In this document: one piece after another, positions 16,943 through 26,992 of the stretch
Layout: each line of letters starts with the position of its first letter
Position numbering within the stretch: the stretch's first letter is position 1
Assembly (NCBI GenBank): GCA_035292445.1
Contig: DATDQB010000010.1
Location: forward strand, 3,563-67,562
Length of the DNA stretch: 64,000 nt
Direction: 5' to 3'
DNA from: Candidatus Omnitrophota bacterium
GTDB lineage: Bacteria; Omnitrophota; Gorgyraeia; Zapsychrales; Zapsychraceae
Made by a program: the position numbers and the translations under genes
Notes under the pieces: model-generated
What the model was told of the DNA's origin: nothing
Database searches by the model: none
What the model saw: the letters and a program-made list of their open reading frames with translations, nothing else

Positions 16943-18414
16943 GGGCTGTGAGTCATTGAAGGTTGAATTAATCGTTCAAAAATAACCCGGCCGTTGACCA
17001 AAGCCGGGTCCTTGCTTTGCGCCGCCTCAAGCCTGGAAACAAAATCTTCCAAAAAAGAAATACCGGTTATTTCCCTGGCCAACTCGATGGCACGCGCTGC
17101 GTAGCGCAAGATCTGAATGGTCTCTATCCTAGAAACATCTTCGAAAAACCATCCGCAACTGGTGAACATAAACATGGCGAATTTCTGCATTTCTAATAAT
17201 TTCAAGATTTTTGTTTTGTCTTGTAGGGGCAGGGCATGCCCTGCCCCTACGATATCTCGAATAAATTTATCCACATTGTTATCAGAAAGGTTCAACAATA
17301 ACGTGATATATTCATCTCGTGCCTTCCACGGATCATCACAAAATTGACACATTTGAGTTTCATAAACGTCTATTAATTGATCCCTCAACCAATTCAGCGA
17401 TTCCCGAAGCGTGCCGCGCCATTTATGCACCTTGCGCGTGTGCGTATCATAACTATGGCGGTCGTCCTTGCTCCAGCGATTTAATCCCGAGTCGCAGCTC
17501 CACGCGGTATTTTCAATGATTTCGACTTCAAAGGTTGGCGGGTGGCGTTCTAAAAATGAGCCGTAATTAATTAACTGCGCTTCATCGCTTTGGTCAAAAT
17601 GATCGAAAACCTTTTTAAGGACCAGCTGCCCTCTTTTATGGTGATGCCCGTAGGTTTCCCCATCCACCGCGCAATGAATGACCGTAGGCTCATCAAAGGG
17701 GCGCTCGATTTCCCGCTGGATGCCGTGAATAAAACGAGTGGCGCTGTTGATATAGCCTCCGAAGGCAACATGGGTGGCCATGGAGCCGTCATAAAAAAAC
17801 AAAGCGATGCTTTTACCGGAGGGCAACGGACATTTATAAACCCTTTTCGTTTCAACGCTGGCGTATTGGCCGACCTCTTCCCACACCCTCTGTCCCTGTT
17901 TTCGTATTTTTGCCGCCTGCGCAGGGGCAAGGACTGTAAATAGAATGCCGTGCTGGACCAATACCTCAAGGGTCGCCACATCCACCGCCGTTTCGGGAAG
18001 CCACATCCCTTCGGGCTTGCGCTTGAACCGATGCTCGAAATCCTTGATCCCCCAGATCACCTGCGTATGTTTATCCCGTTCATTGGCCAGGGGCATAATC
18101 ATGTGGTTGTAGCCCTGCGCCAAGGCCGAGCCGTGGCCCTGGAATCGGATTCGGCTTATTTGGTCCGCCTGAAGAATGGCCTCGTAGGAATATGCGCCCT
18201 TTTCCTTAAGCCACGTCAAAAGGGTCGGCCCAAAATTAAAACTCATCCGTTCGTAGTTCTTGAGCTTGGCGTTGGATTCATAGCATTCGGCATTGATGCG
18301 CTCATTCCAGTCGTGGTAGGGATGGGCGGTTTCCTGGACGTCAACCTGGCTGGTCCAAGGATTCTCTCGGGGAGGCTGATAAAAATGCCCGTGCAGGCAA
18401 ATATATTTTTCCAT
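16939..18414 (-). CDS. Glycoside hydrolase family 57 (DUF3536-type)
   Basis: HGHFYQPPRENPW, SFNFGPTLL, GMWLPETAVD, DGETYGHH, MFTSCGWFF. Confidence 0.9.
   Translation of the reverse strand: MEKYICLHGHFYQPPRENPWTSQVDVQETAHPYHDWNERINAECYESNAKLKNYERMSFNFGPTLLTWLKEKGAYSYEAILQADQISRIRFQGHGSALAQGYNHMIMPLANERDKHTQVIWGIKDFEHRFKRKPEGMWLPETAVDVATLEVLVQHGILFTVLAPAQAAKIRKQGQRVWEEVGQYASVETKRVYKCPLPSGKSIALFFYDGSMATHVAFGGYINSATRFIHGIQREIERPFDEPTVIHCAVDGETYGHHHKRGQLVLKKVFDHFDQSDEAQLINYGSFLERHPPTFEVEIIENTAWSCDSGLNRWSKDDRHSYDTHTRKVHKWRGTLRESLNWLRDQLIDVYETQMCQFCDDPWKARDEYITLLLNLSDNNVDKFIRDIVGAGHALPLQDKTKILKLLEMQKFAMFMFTSCGWFFEDVSRIETIQILRYAARAIELAREITGISFLEDFVSRLEAAQSKDPALVNGRVIFERLIQPSMTHSP
17223..17250. repeat. 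GTAG-type palindromic repeat, in-frame in the GH57 gene
   Basis: GTAGGGGCAGGGCATGCCCTGCCCCTAC; translated VGAGHALPL. Confidence 0.9.
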
Positions 18415-18504
18415 TTTCAAAGGCCTTTACGATGTGATTATCTTATCAAAGGATAAAGACCCCATCAATCAATTATGTGATTAAAATGACTTATAAAAGG
18501 AGCT

Positions 18505-19689
18505 TTAGTGGGAACAAACAAGGTGCTGGATTTCTTCCACTTCATCCAGCTTGATATAAGGAGCGGGTTGACTCAAGTAATATCCTTGCCCCGCATCGAC
18601 GCCAAGATCGATGAGCGTCAGTAGATCCTGCTTGGTTTCGATGCCTTCGGCAATGCAAAGGATATTATTTTCTTTGCAAAAAGAAGTGATGAATTTGACA
18701 ATGCTTTTCTTGAACGAATCCGCATGGAGGTTATTGACGATGTGCCGGTCGATTTTGACGATCTCGGGCCTGGTCTGCACAATGGATTCCAGGCTGGCGT
18801 AACCGCCACCCACATCATCCACCGCGAACTTAAAGCCGTACTCCCTAAAGCGCTTGAGGTGGTCAAAAAAGATCTTAAAGTCGGTGACGGCGGAGCGTTC
18901 GGTGATCTCCAAGATCACATTCTCGATCTTGATCTTGCTTTGTTCAAACAGGGATTTGATCGTTAAGAACCTGGGGCCTTCCACAAAATAAGGATTACAA
19001 TTGAGAAATAATTTCTCGTTCGTTAGGATCCGCGAAGCGTATTCGATGGCCTTCTTCCATGAGGCCATTTCCATCTCCTGATAAAGGCCGAATTGAAGCG
19101 CGGCCTTAAAAAGAAGCTCGGGGTTGGCCAGCATGGATTGCGTCTTGGGCCGGCAGAAAGCTTCGAAGCCGATCAAGCGAAACGGCTGCAGCTGAACGAT
19201 AGGTTGAAAGAACGGGATGATCAATCCATCATCAATGATCGTCCGTAGCTCGCGGATAATAGCTTCCTCTCCCTGAGAGACAAGCTTTCCGTCCCGAAAC
19301 GGAGCGCTGCGCCTTAACACCGCCTCCATCCTTGCCACCAGCTCCTCGAATTCAAATGGTTTGACCAAATAATCATCCGCCCCCAGATACAGGCCTTCGA
19401 CAATATTCTCGGGCAGCATTTTGGCGCTTTGTATGATAATCGGAATGTGCCGGCTGTCTTCATTTTCTTTGAGTTTTCGACAGACATCAAAACCGTCTTG
19501 ATCGGGAAGGACGATATCCAACAAAACTAGATCAATGTGGGAAGCGATTTTTTGGAGGGCTTCTTTGCCGGAACCGACCACATCAACTTCATAGCCTCTG
19601 GATTCCAGCAACATGGATAGCATCTGGCTTACGGAAGCATCGTCATCCACCAGTAATATGTGTTTTTTAAGATTGATTTTGTTGATCAT
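18505..19689 (-). CDS. Response regulator receiver + EAL (c-di-GMP phosphodiesterase-type)
   Basis: LLVDDD, LLDIVLP, KPF; FQPIV, EAF.R, LEITE, DDVGGGY, KID, AEGIET, QGY. Confidence 0.9.
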   Translation of the reverse strand: MINKINLKKHILLVDDDASVSQMLSMLLESRGYEVDVVGSGKEALQKIASHIDLVLLDIVLPDQDGFDVCRKLKENEDSRHIPIIIQSAKMLPENIVEGLYLGADDYLVKPFEFEELVARMEAVLRRSAPFRDGKLVSQGEEAIIRELRTIIDDGLIIPFFQPIVQLQPFRLIGFEAFCRPKTQSMLANPELLFKAALQFGLYQEMEMASWKKAIEYASRILTNEKLFLNCNPYFVEGPRFLTIKSLFEQSKIKIENVILEITERSAVTDFKIFFDHLKRFREYGFKFAVDDVGGGYASLESIVQTRPEIVKIDRHIVNNLHADSFKKSIVKFITSFCKENNILCIAEGIETKQDLLTLIDLGVDAGQGYYLSQPAPYIKLDEVEEIQHLVCSH

Positions 19690-19708
19690 TACCCCCCCCC
19701 ACCTATCA

Positions 19709-19764
19709 GTCAACCCATTCGACTACGCTCAGGGTTGATTCTGAGCGTGAAGTCGAAGAGTCAA
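19709..19764. repeat. Palindromic intergenic element (TTCGAC..GCTCAG/CTGAGC..GTCGAA type)
   Basis: gtcaacccaTTCGACTACGCTCAGggttgattCTGAGCGTGAAGTCGAAgagtcaa; scaffold shared with 32372-32470. Confidence 0.7.
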
Positions 19765-20003
19765 AGGCATGTTCCCTTCCCCAATGTTAGGCAACGACAC
19801 AGCTTTTATGCCCTGCTTAAAGTATATTCTATCCGGTATCTTCTTGACGATGCACAATTTACATAATTTAAATATCTCTAATATGCGGCCAATCTTTATA
19901 ATCCATTATATCTGAGATAGTTATAAGAAAATAAACGGAAAGAAGGAAACGTTTTCTTTTTTGAAGAGATTTTCTTCGCTTTTGTGACGCTTTTGAACTG
20001 TTT

Positions 20004-20561
20004 TCAAATAATAACCGAAGAAGCCCGGGTGCGTACATATTCCGTAAAATAGTACGTGGTATCCCCATCTATATGGGGCTTGGAAAGGTTCCGGCGTTCA
20101 AATTCCAGCCGGTATGGAGGGAAAAACGCATCACAAGAAAAGCTATGGAGAACTTGGGTGATATAGAGCTTTTGACACTCTGGTTTCTTCAGCGCTTCTT
20201 GGTAGGTTTTAGCGCCTCCGATGACATAAATATTTTCCACCAAATCCATTAATGGGGCCTTCTCCAATATCTCAAAGGCCTGATCAAAGTCCTGAGCTTT
20301 GTAGACTTCCACCGGAACCTCAAGATCCTTATTTTTTGTTAAGACGATATTGATACGCCCTGCCAACGGACGAAATTTAGGAGGAATGGATTCCCATGTC
20401 TTGCGGCCCATGATCACGGCGTTCTTCTTATCCGGCGCTTTGGTCTTGCTGGTGAGTTCCCTGAAATACTTTAGATCGCCGGGCAAATGCCAAGGGAGTT
20501 GACCGTTTTTACCAATGCCGTTGTTGGTATCGGTAGCGACAACTATGCTGAATGGCTTCAT
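20004..20561 (-). CDS. folA: Dihydrofolate reductase
   Basis: GIGKNGQLPW, DLKYF, VIMGRKTWESIP, RPL.GR.NIVL, IGGA..Y, CDAFFP. Confidence 0.95.
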   Translation of the reverse strand: MKPFSIVVATDTNNGIGKNGQLPWHLPGDLKYFRELTSKTKAPDKKNAVIMGRKTWESIPPKFRPLAGRINIVLTKNKDLEVPVEVYKAQDFDQAFEILEKAPLMDLVENIYVIGGAKTYQEALKKPECQKLYITQVLHSFSCDAFFPPYRLEFERRNLSKPHIDGDTTYYFTEYVRTRASSVII

Positions 20562-20564
20562 AGG

Positions 20565-21380
20565 TTAAACCGCGATGGGAAACTTGATGAAGGCGTCATG
20601 TTGATAATTCTCAAGCCTAATATCTTCGAAGGCGATTTCGAAAATTTTCTTCTGGGCGATCTTCACTTGAGGAAGCGGCTTAGGCGTGCGCTTAAGCTGC
20701 TCTTTCAATCCATCGATATGGTTAAGGTAAATGTGGGCGTCCCCCAATGTATGGACAAATATGCCTGGCGTTAACCGGCACTCTTGGGCCATCAGCATCA
20801 ACAATAACGCATAACTGGCGATATTGAACGGTACGCCCAAGGCAATATCGGCCGAGCGTTGATAGAGTTGGCAATCCAGCCGGCCGTTAACCACATAAAG
20901 CTGGAAAAAAGCATGGCAGGGCGGCAAAGCCATTCTGTCAATGTCCGCCACATTCCAGGCGTTCACAATAATACGCCGGGAATCGGGATTTTTCTTGATA
21001 AGTTCCAGGGCATTCTGGATCTGATCGATATGTTCTTTGCGGAAGGACTTGGCTTTTTCATCCCAAACAAACTTATCCCATTTTCGCCATTGATATCCGT
21101 AAACAGGCCCCAACTCCCCCTTTTCATCGGCCCAAGCGTTCCAAATAGGCGTGTACTGTTTTAAATCATCATTGATGTTGGTGGAGCCGCGCAAAAACCA
21201 CAAGAGCTCCCGCACCACGGCTTCAAATAAAACTTTCTTGGTTGTTAAAAGAGGGAAGCCGTCGCGCAGGTCGTATTTGGTTTGATAGCCGAAGACAGAT
21301 ACCGTCCCAGTGCCGGTACGGTCCTCTTTTTTATCGCCATGCTCTAACACATAGCGGACAAGCTCTAGGTATTGTCTCAT
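20565..21380 (-). CDS. thyA: Thymidylate synthase
   Basis: [53 protein letters not shown]. Confidence 0.97.
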   Translation of the reverse strand: MRQYLELVRYVLEHGDKKEDRTGTGTVSVFGYQTKYDLRDGFPLLTTKKVLFEAVVRELLWFLRGSTNINDDLKQYTPIWNAWADEKGELGPVYGYQWRKWDKFVWDEKAKSFRKEHIDQIQNALELIKKNPDSRRIIVNAWNVADIDRMALPPCHAFFQLYVVNGRLDCQLYQRSADIALGVPFNIASYALLLMLMAQECRLTPGIFVHTLGDAHIYLNHIDGLKEQLKRTPKPLPQVKIAQKKIFEIAFEDIRLENYQHDAFIKFPIAV

Positions 21381-21401
21381 AGCTGGTATTATAACAAACG
21401 A

Positions 21402-22433
21402 TTATAATTTTAAGCGAAATTCTTCAAATTTCAAAGAAGGGCTTTGCTCCATCTTTCCTTTTTTCTCTTCAATGATAAACCCGGCATACGAAGGGCCCAT
21501 TTGATCCATAAGCGCGACCCCTTCTTCACGGCCCAAGACAGTCAGCGCGGTCGCCAACGCATCGGCCTCAAGGCCCGTAGGGGCGATGGCCGTTGCGCTG
21601 ACAACGCCTTCCTGCGGATACCCGGTCACGGGATTGAAAATGTGGGAATACCTCTTTCCCTGGATCTCAAAATACTTCTCATAATTGCCTGAAGTGGTCA
21701 CCGAGGCGTCTTTAAGCAGGACAACGGCGCTAAACTTATCACGGTCCTTAGGGTCCCGTATGCCGACACGCCAAGGCTGGCCCTTACAATTGTTCCCGCC
21801 CGCATAAATATCCCCACCGGCATCGATAAAAAAGCTATGAACGCCGTTGTCACGAAAGATCCTGGCTGCCTCATCAATGGCGTAGCCGGCCGCAATGCCG
21901 CCCAGATCGACCTTTGTCGTCGGATTGGTCAACTGAACGTTATTAAGCTCAAATAAAAGTATGGTGTGCGCTCCAATCGCCCTTTTGACTTGCGCTATTG
22001 CCTCAGGGGCCGGGAGGGAATCTTTCTGCGCGGCATCTTTCCACAATTGGATGAGCGGCCAGACGGTGATATCAAAAGCGCCTCTCGTCAGCTGATTGAA
22101 CCGAATAGCTTCTTGGATCACTTTGTAAGTGTCTGCCCCGACCTCAACCGGCTGCTCATAAGCCTGGTTGATCTTGGCCACATCACTTCGCTCATCAAAA
22201 ACGTTCATCCGCCAGGCAATGTCTTCCAGGCGCTCCCACACGCGTTTATAGATTTCCTGGATATCCAATTCTTTAACTTGCGAGGCGCACGTATCAATCT
22301 GGACATAAGTCCCCATCATATATTTTGTTTCGCTGTACTTTTCCTGCCCCTCTTTCCGGCCGGTCGCCGCCCATAACACCAAACAGCCTAATATGATGCC
22401 CGCCCACAGGTAATTCTCTTTGGATAACTTCAT
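21402..22433 (-). CDS. apbE: FAD:protein FMN transferase
   Basis: MMGT, GAFDITV, DLGGIAAGY, DAGGDI, TTSGNYE, HIFNP.TG, ADALATAL; start moved to MKLSKE. Confidence 0.9.
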   Translation of the reverse strand: MKLSKENYLWAGIILGCLVLWAATGRKEGQEKYSETKYMMGTYVQIDTCASQVKELDIQEIYKRVWERLEDIAWRMNVFDERSDVAKINQAYEQPVEVGADTYKVIQEAIRFNQLTRGAFDITVWPLIQLWKDAAQKDSLPAPEAIAQVKRAIGAHTILLFELNNVQLTNPTTKVDLGGIAAGYAIDEAARIFRDNGVHSFFIDAGGDIYAGGNNCKGQPWRVGIRDPKDRDKFSAVVLLKDASVTTSGNYEKYFEIQGKRYSHIFNPVTGYPQEGVVSATAIAPTGLEADALATALTVLGREEGVALMDQMGPSYAGFIIEEKKGKMEQSPSLKFEEFRLKL

Positions 22434-23158
22434 TTGTGAATGATTAAATCGAAGCGCCAATCAACGCTTTGAGGTTGCCCCGCATAATAGAACGGGTTAA
22501 ATGAATCCTGAAAAGAAACTTTAACGTTATCCCCTTCAAGCATCTGACGGAACTTCTCTTTCGAAAATAACCGCAGCGGCGGCTTGTATTCTTCACGGAT
22601 GCTTTTGCCGAGCTTATAATGGTCTTGGCAATAACGCCTATACGCTTCTTTGGCTTCTTCGTATTTCTGTGACTTCGCTTGGTCGGGAAGCTGGCCGATT
22701 AAGGCACACCCCCCTTTTTTTAGGACGCGGACGATCTCCTTAAGGGAACATTGCACGTATTCATCACTGTCGAAATTCATAAATACGTAATAACTTAAAA
22801 TACGATCGAAAGACCCGCTGGCCAACGGTAACGAACCGATCTCACCGTTGATAAGCCGCCCCTTAAGGCGGCTGCCGGCGAATTTCATCATTTCCATGGA
22901 AAAATCAAGGCCGTAGGACTCTCTGACATGAGGACTTAACTGCTCGAGGATCCACCCGCCGCCGCAACCAAGCTCGATCAATCTATCTTGCCGGGTTGGC
23001 CGAAGGCCCTGACATAAGCTTTGAACAAGACAATCGGTCTTTTCCTGTGCCCATTCAATACCTTCCTGGACCTCCCATTTGCTCAAAAGCCACTGTTTAT
23101 TGGCGTATTCTTGCTGCGCTTTGGCCCCCCACCGATCAAAAAGTGCTTTGAGTCTCAT
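22430..23158 (-). CDS. Class I SAM-dependent methyltransferase
   Basis: IELGCGGG, GLDFS..M, SLPL..GSFD, RVLKKGG; start moved to MRLKAL. Confidence 0.85.
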   Translation of the reverse strand: MRLKALFDRWGAKAQQEYANKQWLLSKWEVQEGIEWAQEKTDCLVQSLCQGLRPTRQDRLIELGCGGGWILEQLSPHVRESYGLDFSMEMMKFAGSRLKGRLINGEIGSLPLASGSFDRILSYYVFMNFDSDEYVQCSLKEIVRVLKKGGCALIGQLPDQAKSQKYEEAKEAYRRYCQDHYKLGKSIREEYKPPLRLFSKEKFRQMLEGDNVKVSFQDSFNPFYYAGQPQSVDWRFDLIIHK

Positions 23159-23166
23159 ATCGTCCT

Positions 23167-24204
23167 TTAAGAAAGAAACGGATAAATAAAATTGCTGCCC
23201 CATCGCACCATCGCATCCGGCATCAAAGGTGATGTGAAAAACTTCGTATAAACTTTCAAAATGCGTTTTTGGCTGAACTTATACCCTTGTGGGGCAAACC
23301 CCAAATGATAGATGTCTGACTCAAGAGTCGGTGCGCAGATATGCCTCTTGAACCAGATCAGCCCCTCTTGCTCCAGGCCGCTTGAGCCCAGATCGATTTT
23401 CTCCAACCCTTTTTCTTTAGCGTACTTGATCCCTTCCCACATCAGAAGGTTGTTGGGTTTCAGATGAAGCACATCCTGGCGGGAGGTGCTGAATTTATAA
23501 AAAAGCCCCTTGCCGCAGGCGAGAAATATCTGGGCGGCGAGCAAACGGCCCCTCGAATCAAGAGCTCCTATTAAAACACCCTTATCTTTTTCCATATACT
23601 CTTCCCAGATATTTTCAAAAAAACGATAAGGCTGCGGGAAAATCTTATATTTATTCTTTCTTAATTTAAGATGCAATTCATAAAATTTCGGTAAATATTC
23701 TTTGGTGCAGCGTTTGAATTTGAGATGCCCCAACGCTTTCTTGTAAGCCACTTTAAAGGTACGAAACGTGTTCTTCCACAGCTCATCCAAATCGGCGCGC
23801 ACATCGATCTCATGGTGTTTTTCCTTACTGAGCAATTTGAAATCCCCACACTGCCTTGCCGTTTCATCTTTAAGGTTGCGGATGGCGATGCGGTACATCG
23901 GATATTCCTGCCGGATCGCCTCGAAAAAAAGTTTCCAATGCCGCGGGTCTGTCACGTGGCAGTCCAGATAATCGCAGTACGAGCCCACGCAGATCTTCCA
24001 CTCCAGGAAATTATGAACGGCCGAATAAATGAAATACGAAAGGACCTTGCCATCCTGCTGTAGATATTTGCAAAAAAGCTTTAGGCCGTACGTTTTATCG
24101 ATGACCCGCTGCCAAGACAGCGATGAGAACAGATTGCGTTCGGCCTCAGGCAACGCCAGCTTCTCAAAGGCCTCGAACAACGGCAGTGTTTTTATCTCAT
24201 TCAT
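23167..24204 (-). CDS. GNAT/FemAB-related (CelD/BcsL-like) acyltransferase
   Basis: KPNNLLMWEGIKYA..KG..KIDLG....GL..FK signature. Confidence 0.8.
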   Translation of the reverse strand: MNEIKTLPLFEAFEKLALPEAERNLFSSLSWQRVIDKTYGLKLFCKYLQQDGKVLSYFIYSAVHNFLEWKICVGSYCDYLDCHVTDPRHWKLFFEAIRQEYPMYRIAIRNLKDETARQCGDFKLLSKEKHHEIDVRADLDELWKNTFRTFKVAYKKALGHLKFKRCTKEYLPKFYELHLKLRKNKYKIFPQPYRFFENIWEEYMEKDKGVLIGALDSRGRLLAAQIFLACGKGLFYKFSTSRQDVLHLKPNNLLMWEGIKYAKEKGLEKIDLGSSGLEQEGLIWFKRHICAPTLESDIYHLGFAPQGYKFSQKRILKVYTKFFTSPLMPDAMVRWGSNFIYPFLS

Positions 24205-25816
24205 ATCCCGTTTCTCTTTGCTGTTTTCTGATCTCTAAACGCCTTCCGACTTCCTCGATCAGATCTTTGCCCGCAAATGTGCGCAGCTTATTGAATCGCC
24301 CGTTTTTATTGGCCTTAAGAAATCGGATGCATTGTCTTAGATCTTCGTTATGCTCAAGAACAAACCGCTCCAACATGGCGTCGCTGAAATGGTCATACTC
24401 TTTAACCGGTTTGATGTTAGATAACATGAACTCCAAATGGTCTTCCAATGCCGTGTCAAAGCGCTTTTTGCTTTGAGTATAAGAAATATAGGCCTGCGGA
24501 TCAAGCATGATATATTGATAGCCCTGCGAATAATAAACGGCGATCTCACTGAACTGGTGCGGCAGCTCTTTGACATTATCCCGCTTGGGGCTGTATAAAT
24601 TCTGAACGAACGATTGGGTGGACAGCACTTTCGTATCGATGCCGTTGGCAAGGGCATCCTTCATCGCCTGCTGGTAATCCGAGCTGAACGTTCTTATCGT
24701 ATTGGCGCGGCCAGCTTGCTGAAGGAGCATCAAAAAGGCCAACGCAACGACAAAAGCGCGCAGACCGGCCCATCGGGGCATCCGGGCCAGATGAACGACC
24801 GAGGACGCCACCGCCATTGACATAAAGGGCATCACGACACACAAGTACCTCAAGCCTTTCTCATGCGCGAAAGAAAAGATCATCATGTACAACAAGGCGA
24901 TGCAAAAAGGAAGGGTTATTTTCCAGCGCCGCTGGATAAGAAACACCATATTGACGAAAAAGAACAATCCAAAAAGAATGCCCTCCAACCGGAAAACAGC
25001 ATAAGGATAAGATAAAAGATTATAAAGCTCGAAATGTCCTTTGGCAGACTCCCCTTGGCGGATCATCCAAAAAAAGATCGTCGAAAAATGACCGGCGTTG
25101 TTCAGCAACCCAAAGAACATAATGATGATGGCTGCCGTCAACATGCTCCAGACGAACCTTCTGGGATTAAAAGACGCCCGTTCCGTCAGCCAAAGATACA
25201 TTTCGACGAACCCAACCAATAAGGGGAAGATGAACATGCGGTAATTGGAAAAATAGGATAACGCAAAGAATACGCCGGAACATATAACTCTTACGCTGAA
25301 TTTCTTAATAAAAAAATAACTAGCAAATCCTGCCAGTAAACATAGCGCGCTCAACGTTTCCTGCAATCCCAACCTCGAGTAATAAACATGGCTCGGTAAT
25401 AACGCCAGCACGGCGGCGGAGAGAAGCGCCGTCTCCCTGGACCCATAATATCGGTACGAAAAGAAATAGACGAGAATTACCGTTGCTATGCCGAAGGTAG
25501 CCGCCAACAACTTCGGGAAATAATAGGTCTGGGCCTCTCCCCAAAAACTGCGCAAATGAGAAAGAAAGAACCACAATCCCTTGCCCGTGCTCAAAGACAG
25601 GTATAAGTTGTATTTTAATATTTTAATCACTTCCTGAAAATCCCGTGGCGGGTTCTTTGAAAGAAGCTCATCGAAGGTGCGATGTATCGTCAAATAATGC
25701 CCTTCATCGTAATAAAAAAGATCGTTGTTCTTAAGCCCGTCGAAGCGCAGATAAAGGCTGGCTGCGATGGCAGCCAGCAATACCAGAAAAACGGTTCTCT
25801 TCAATGTCAGTACCAT
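24197..25816 (-). CDS. Multi-TM glycosyltransferase, GT39/ArnT (PMT-like)
   Basis: LRF...LFYYDEG after first TM; HVYYSR...E; many TM segments. Confidence 0.75.
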   Translation of the reverse strand: MVLTLKRTVFLVLLAAIAASLYLRFDGLKNNDLFYYDEGHYLTIHRTFDELLSKNPPRDFQEVIKILKYNLYLSLSTGKGLWFFLSHLRSFWGEAQTYYFPKLLAATFGIATVILVYFFSYRYYGSRETALLSAAVLALLPSHVYYSRLGLQETLSALCLLAGFASYFFIKKFSVRVICSGVFFALSYFSNYRMFIFPLLVGFVEMYLWLTERASFNPRRFVWSMLTAAIIIMFFGLLNNAGHFSTIFFWMIRQGESAKGHFELYNLLSYPYAVFRLEGILFGLFFFVNMVFLIQRRWKITLPFCIALLYMMIFSFAHEKGLRYLCVVMPFMSMAVASSVVHLARMPRWAGLRAFVVALAFLMLLQQAGRANTIRTFSSDYQQAMKDALANGIDTKVLSTQSFVQNLYSPKRDNVKELPHQFSEIAVYYSQGYQYIMLDPQAYISYTQSKKRFDTALEDHLEFMLSNIKPVKEYDHFSDAMLERFVLEHNEDLRQCIRFLKANKNGRFNKLRTFAGKDLIEEVGRRLEIRKQQRETGYE

Positions 25817-26530
25817 TTATTTTTTTATTCTTAAACTTAAGAAAATAATGGGCCGCAAGATGCTCCACCAGCCTGAGAACGGCCTCATTTTGGTATAACC
25901 GTGTTTTCTCTTGGGGTAGATCTTCCTGACAGGAACCTCTTTTACCTTATATCCGAGCGTGACGGCTTTATAGAACAGATACGGCTCCATTTCATACCGC
26001 TCAAGCCACGGCTGATCAAGGTTGATCCTTCGGTCTTCAAGCATGGAGATCCTGACGGCCCGAAAGCCGTTGGTCGAATCGGTGATCTTGCGCCCCGTCA
26101 ACACAGAAAAAATGAACGGATAAAGCCGTGTCGCCATTTTACGATAAAGCGGTATGTCGCCGCCGAACTGCCCGCCAGGCAAATAACGCGAGCCCTGGAC
26201 AAAATCAAAGCCTTCCTCGATCCCTTTTTGAAGCTTATAAACATCTTGAGGGTCATCTTTATTATTGCCGGAAACAAAAAAAACAGCCACGTATCCTTTC
26301 TCTTGAGCGTATTTCAGGATCTGCCTGACCCCGTGACCGGCCCCTTTGTTCGTTGTGTTTTTGATAACAACAATGTGCTCTGGAGATGGTAAATTATCCA
26401 AGCTGCCGTCGTCGGAGCCGTCATCAATGATCAGACAATCATAAACGGAATAATCGTTGAAACGCGCGATGACCTGGCGGATTTTCTGGCCTTCATTAAG
26501 CGCGCAGGTTCCCAGAAGATATTTGTTCAT
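25817..26530 (-). CDS. GT2 glycosyltransferase (polyprenol-phosphate sugar synthase-like)
   Basis: LNEG, IDDGSDDGS, NKGAG, GSRY, TDSTNGFRA. Confidence 0.85.
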   Translation of the reverse strand: MNKYLLGTCALNEGQKIRQVIARFNDYSVYDCLIIDDGSDDGSLDNLPSPEHIVVIKNTTNKGAGHGVRQILKYAQEKGYVAVFFVSGNNKDDPQDVYKLQKGIEEGFDFVQGSRYLPGGQFGGDIPLYRKMATRLYPFIFSVLTGRKITDSTNGFRAVRISMLEDRRINLDQPWLERYEMEPYLFYKAVTLGYKVKEVPVRKIYPKRKHGYTKMRPFSGWWSILRPIIFLSLRIKK

Positions 26531-26533
26531 TTT

Positions 26534-26992
26534 TTAACTTCTTTTGTAATCGCCGCTTTTGCCGCCGCTTTTATGAAGAAGTTTTGTTTCCTTAATGACC
26601 ATGCCCTTATCTGCCCATTTCATCATGTCATAGATGGTCAGCGAAGCTATGCTCGATGCCGTCAACGCCTCCATTTCAACGCCCGTTTTACCGGTGTAAT
26701 TGACCTCCACCGTTGAAGTGACGGCATAAGCCTTTTTATCCAAATGAAAATCAACAAGGACCTGATTGATCAATAGCGGATGGCAGTGCGGGATAAATTC
26801 GTGGATCCTCTTTGCCGCAAGAATAGCGGCGACCTTGGCCGTTTCCAGCACATCTCCTTTAGGCGAGGCGCCTTCAACCAATCCTTTATACGCTTTTGGG
26901 CCCATCACCAAAGTCGATGCGGCGATCGCCTTTCGCTTGGTGTCCTTTTTGTTGCTGACATCGACCATGCCGCGCTTATTCTTTTTCATCAT
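26534..26992 (-). CDS. moaC: Cyclic pyranopterin monophosphate synthase
   Basis: MVDVS.K, KGDVL..AK.AAI.AAK, IPHCHP, TGVEMEALT, YDMMK, KSGGKSG. Confidence 0.95.
   Translation of the reverse strand: MMKKNKRGMVDVSNKKDTKRKAIAASTLVMGPKAYKGLVEGASPKGDVLETAKVAAILAAKRIHEFIPHCHPLLINQVLVDFHLDKKAYAVTSTVEVNYTGKTGVEMEALTASSIASLTIYDMMKWADKGMVIKETKLLHKSGGKSGDYKRS

Noticed and set aside
19868-20068. 66-aa ORF downstream of folA
   Set aside because: Overlaps the folA end, runs through AT-rich promoter-like DNA and has no motif.
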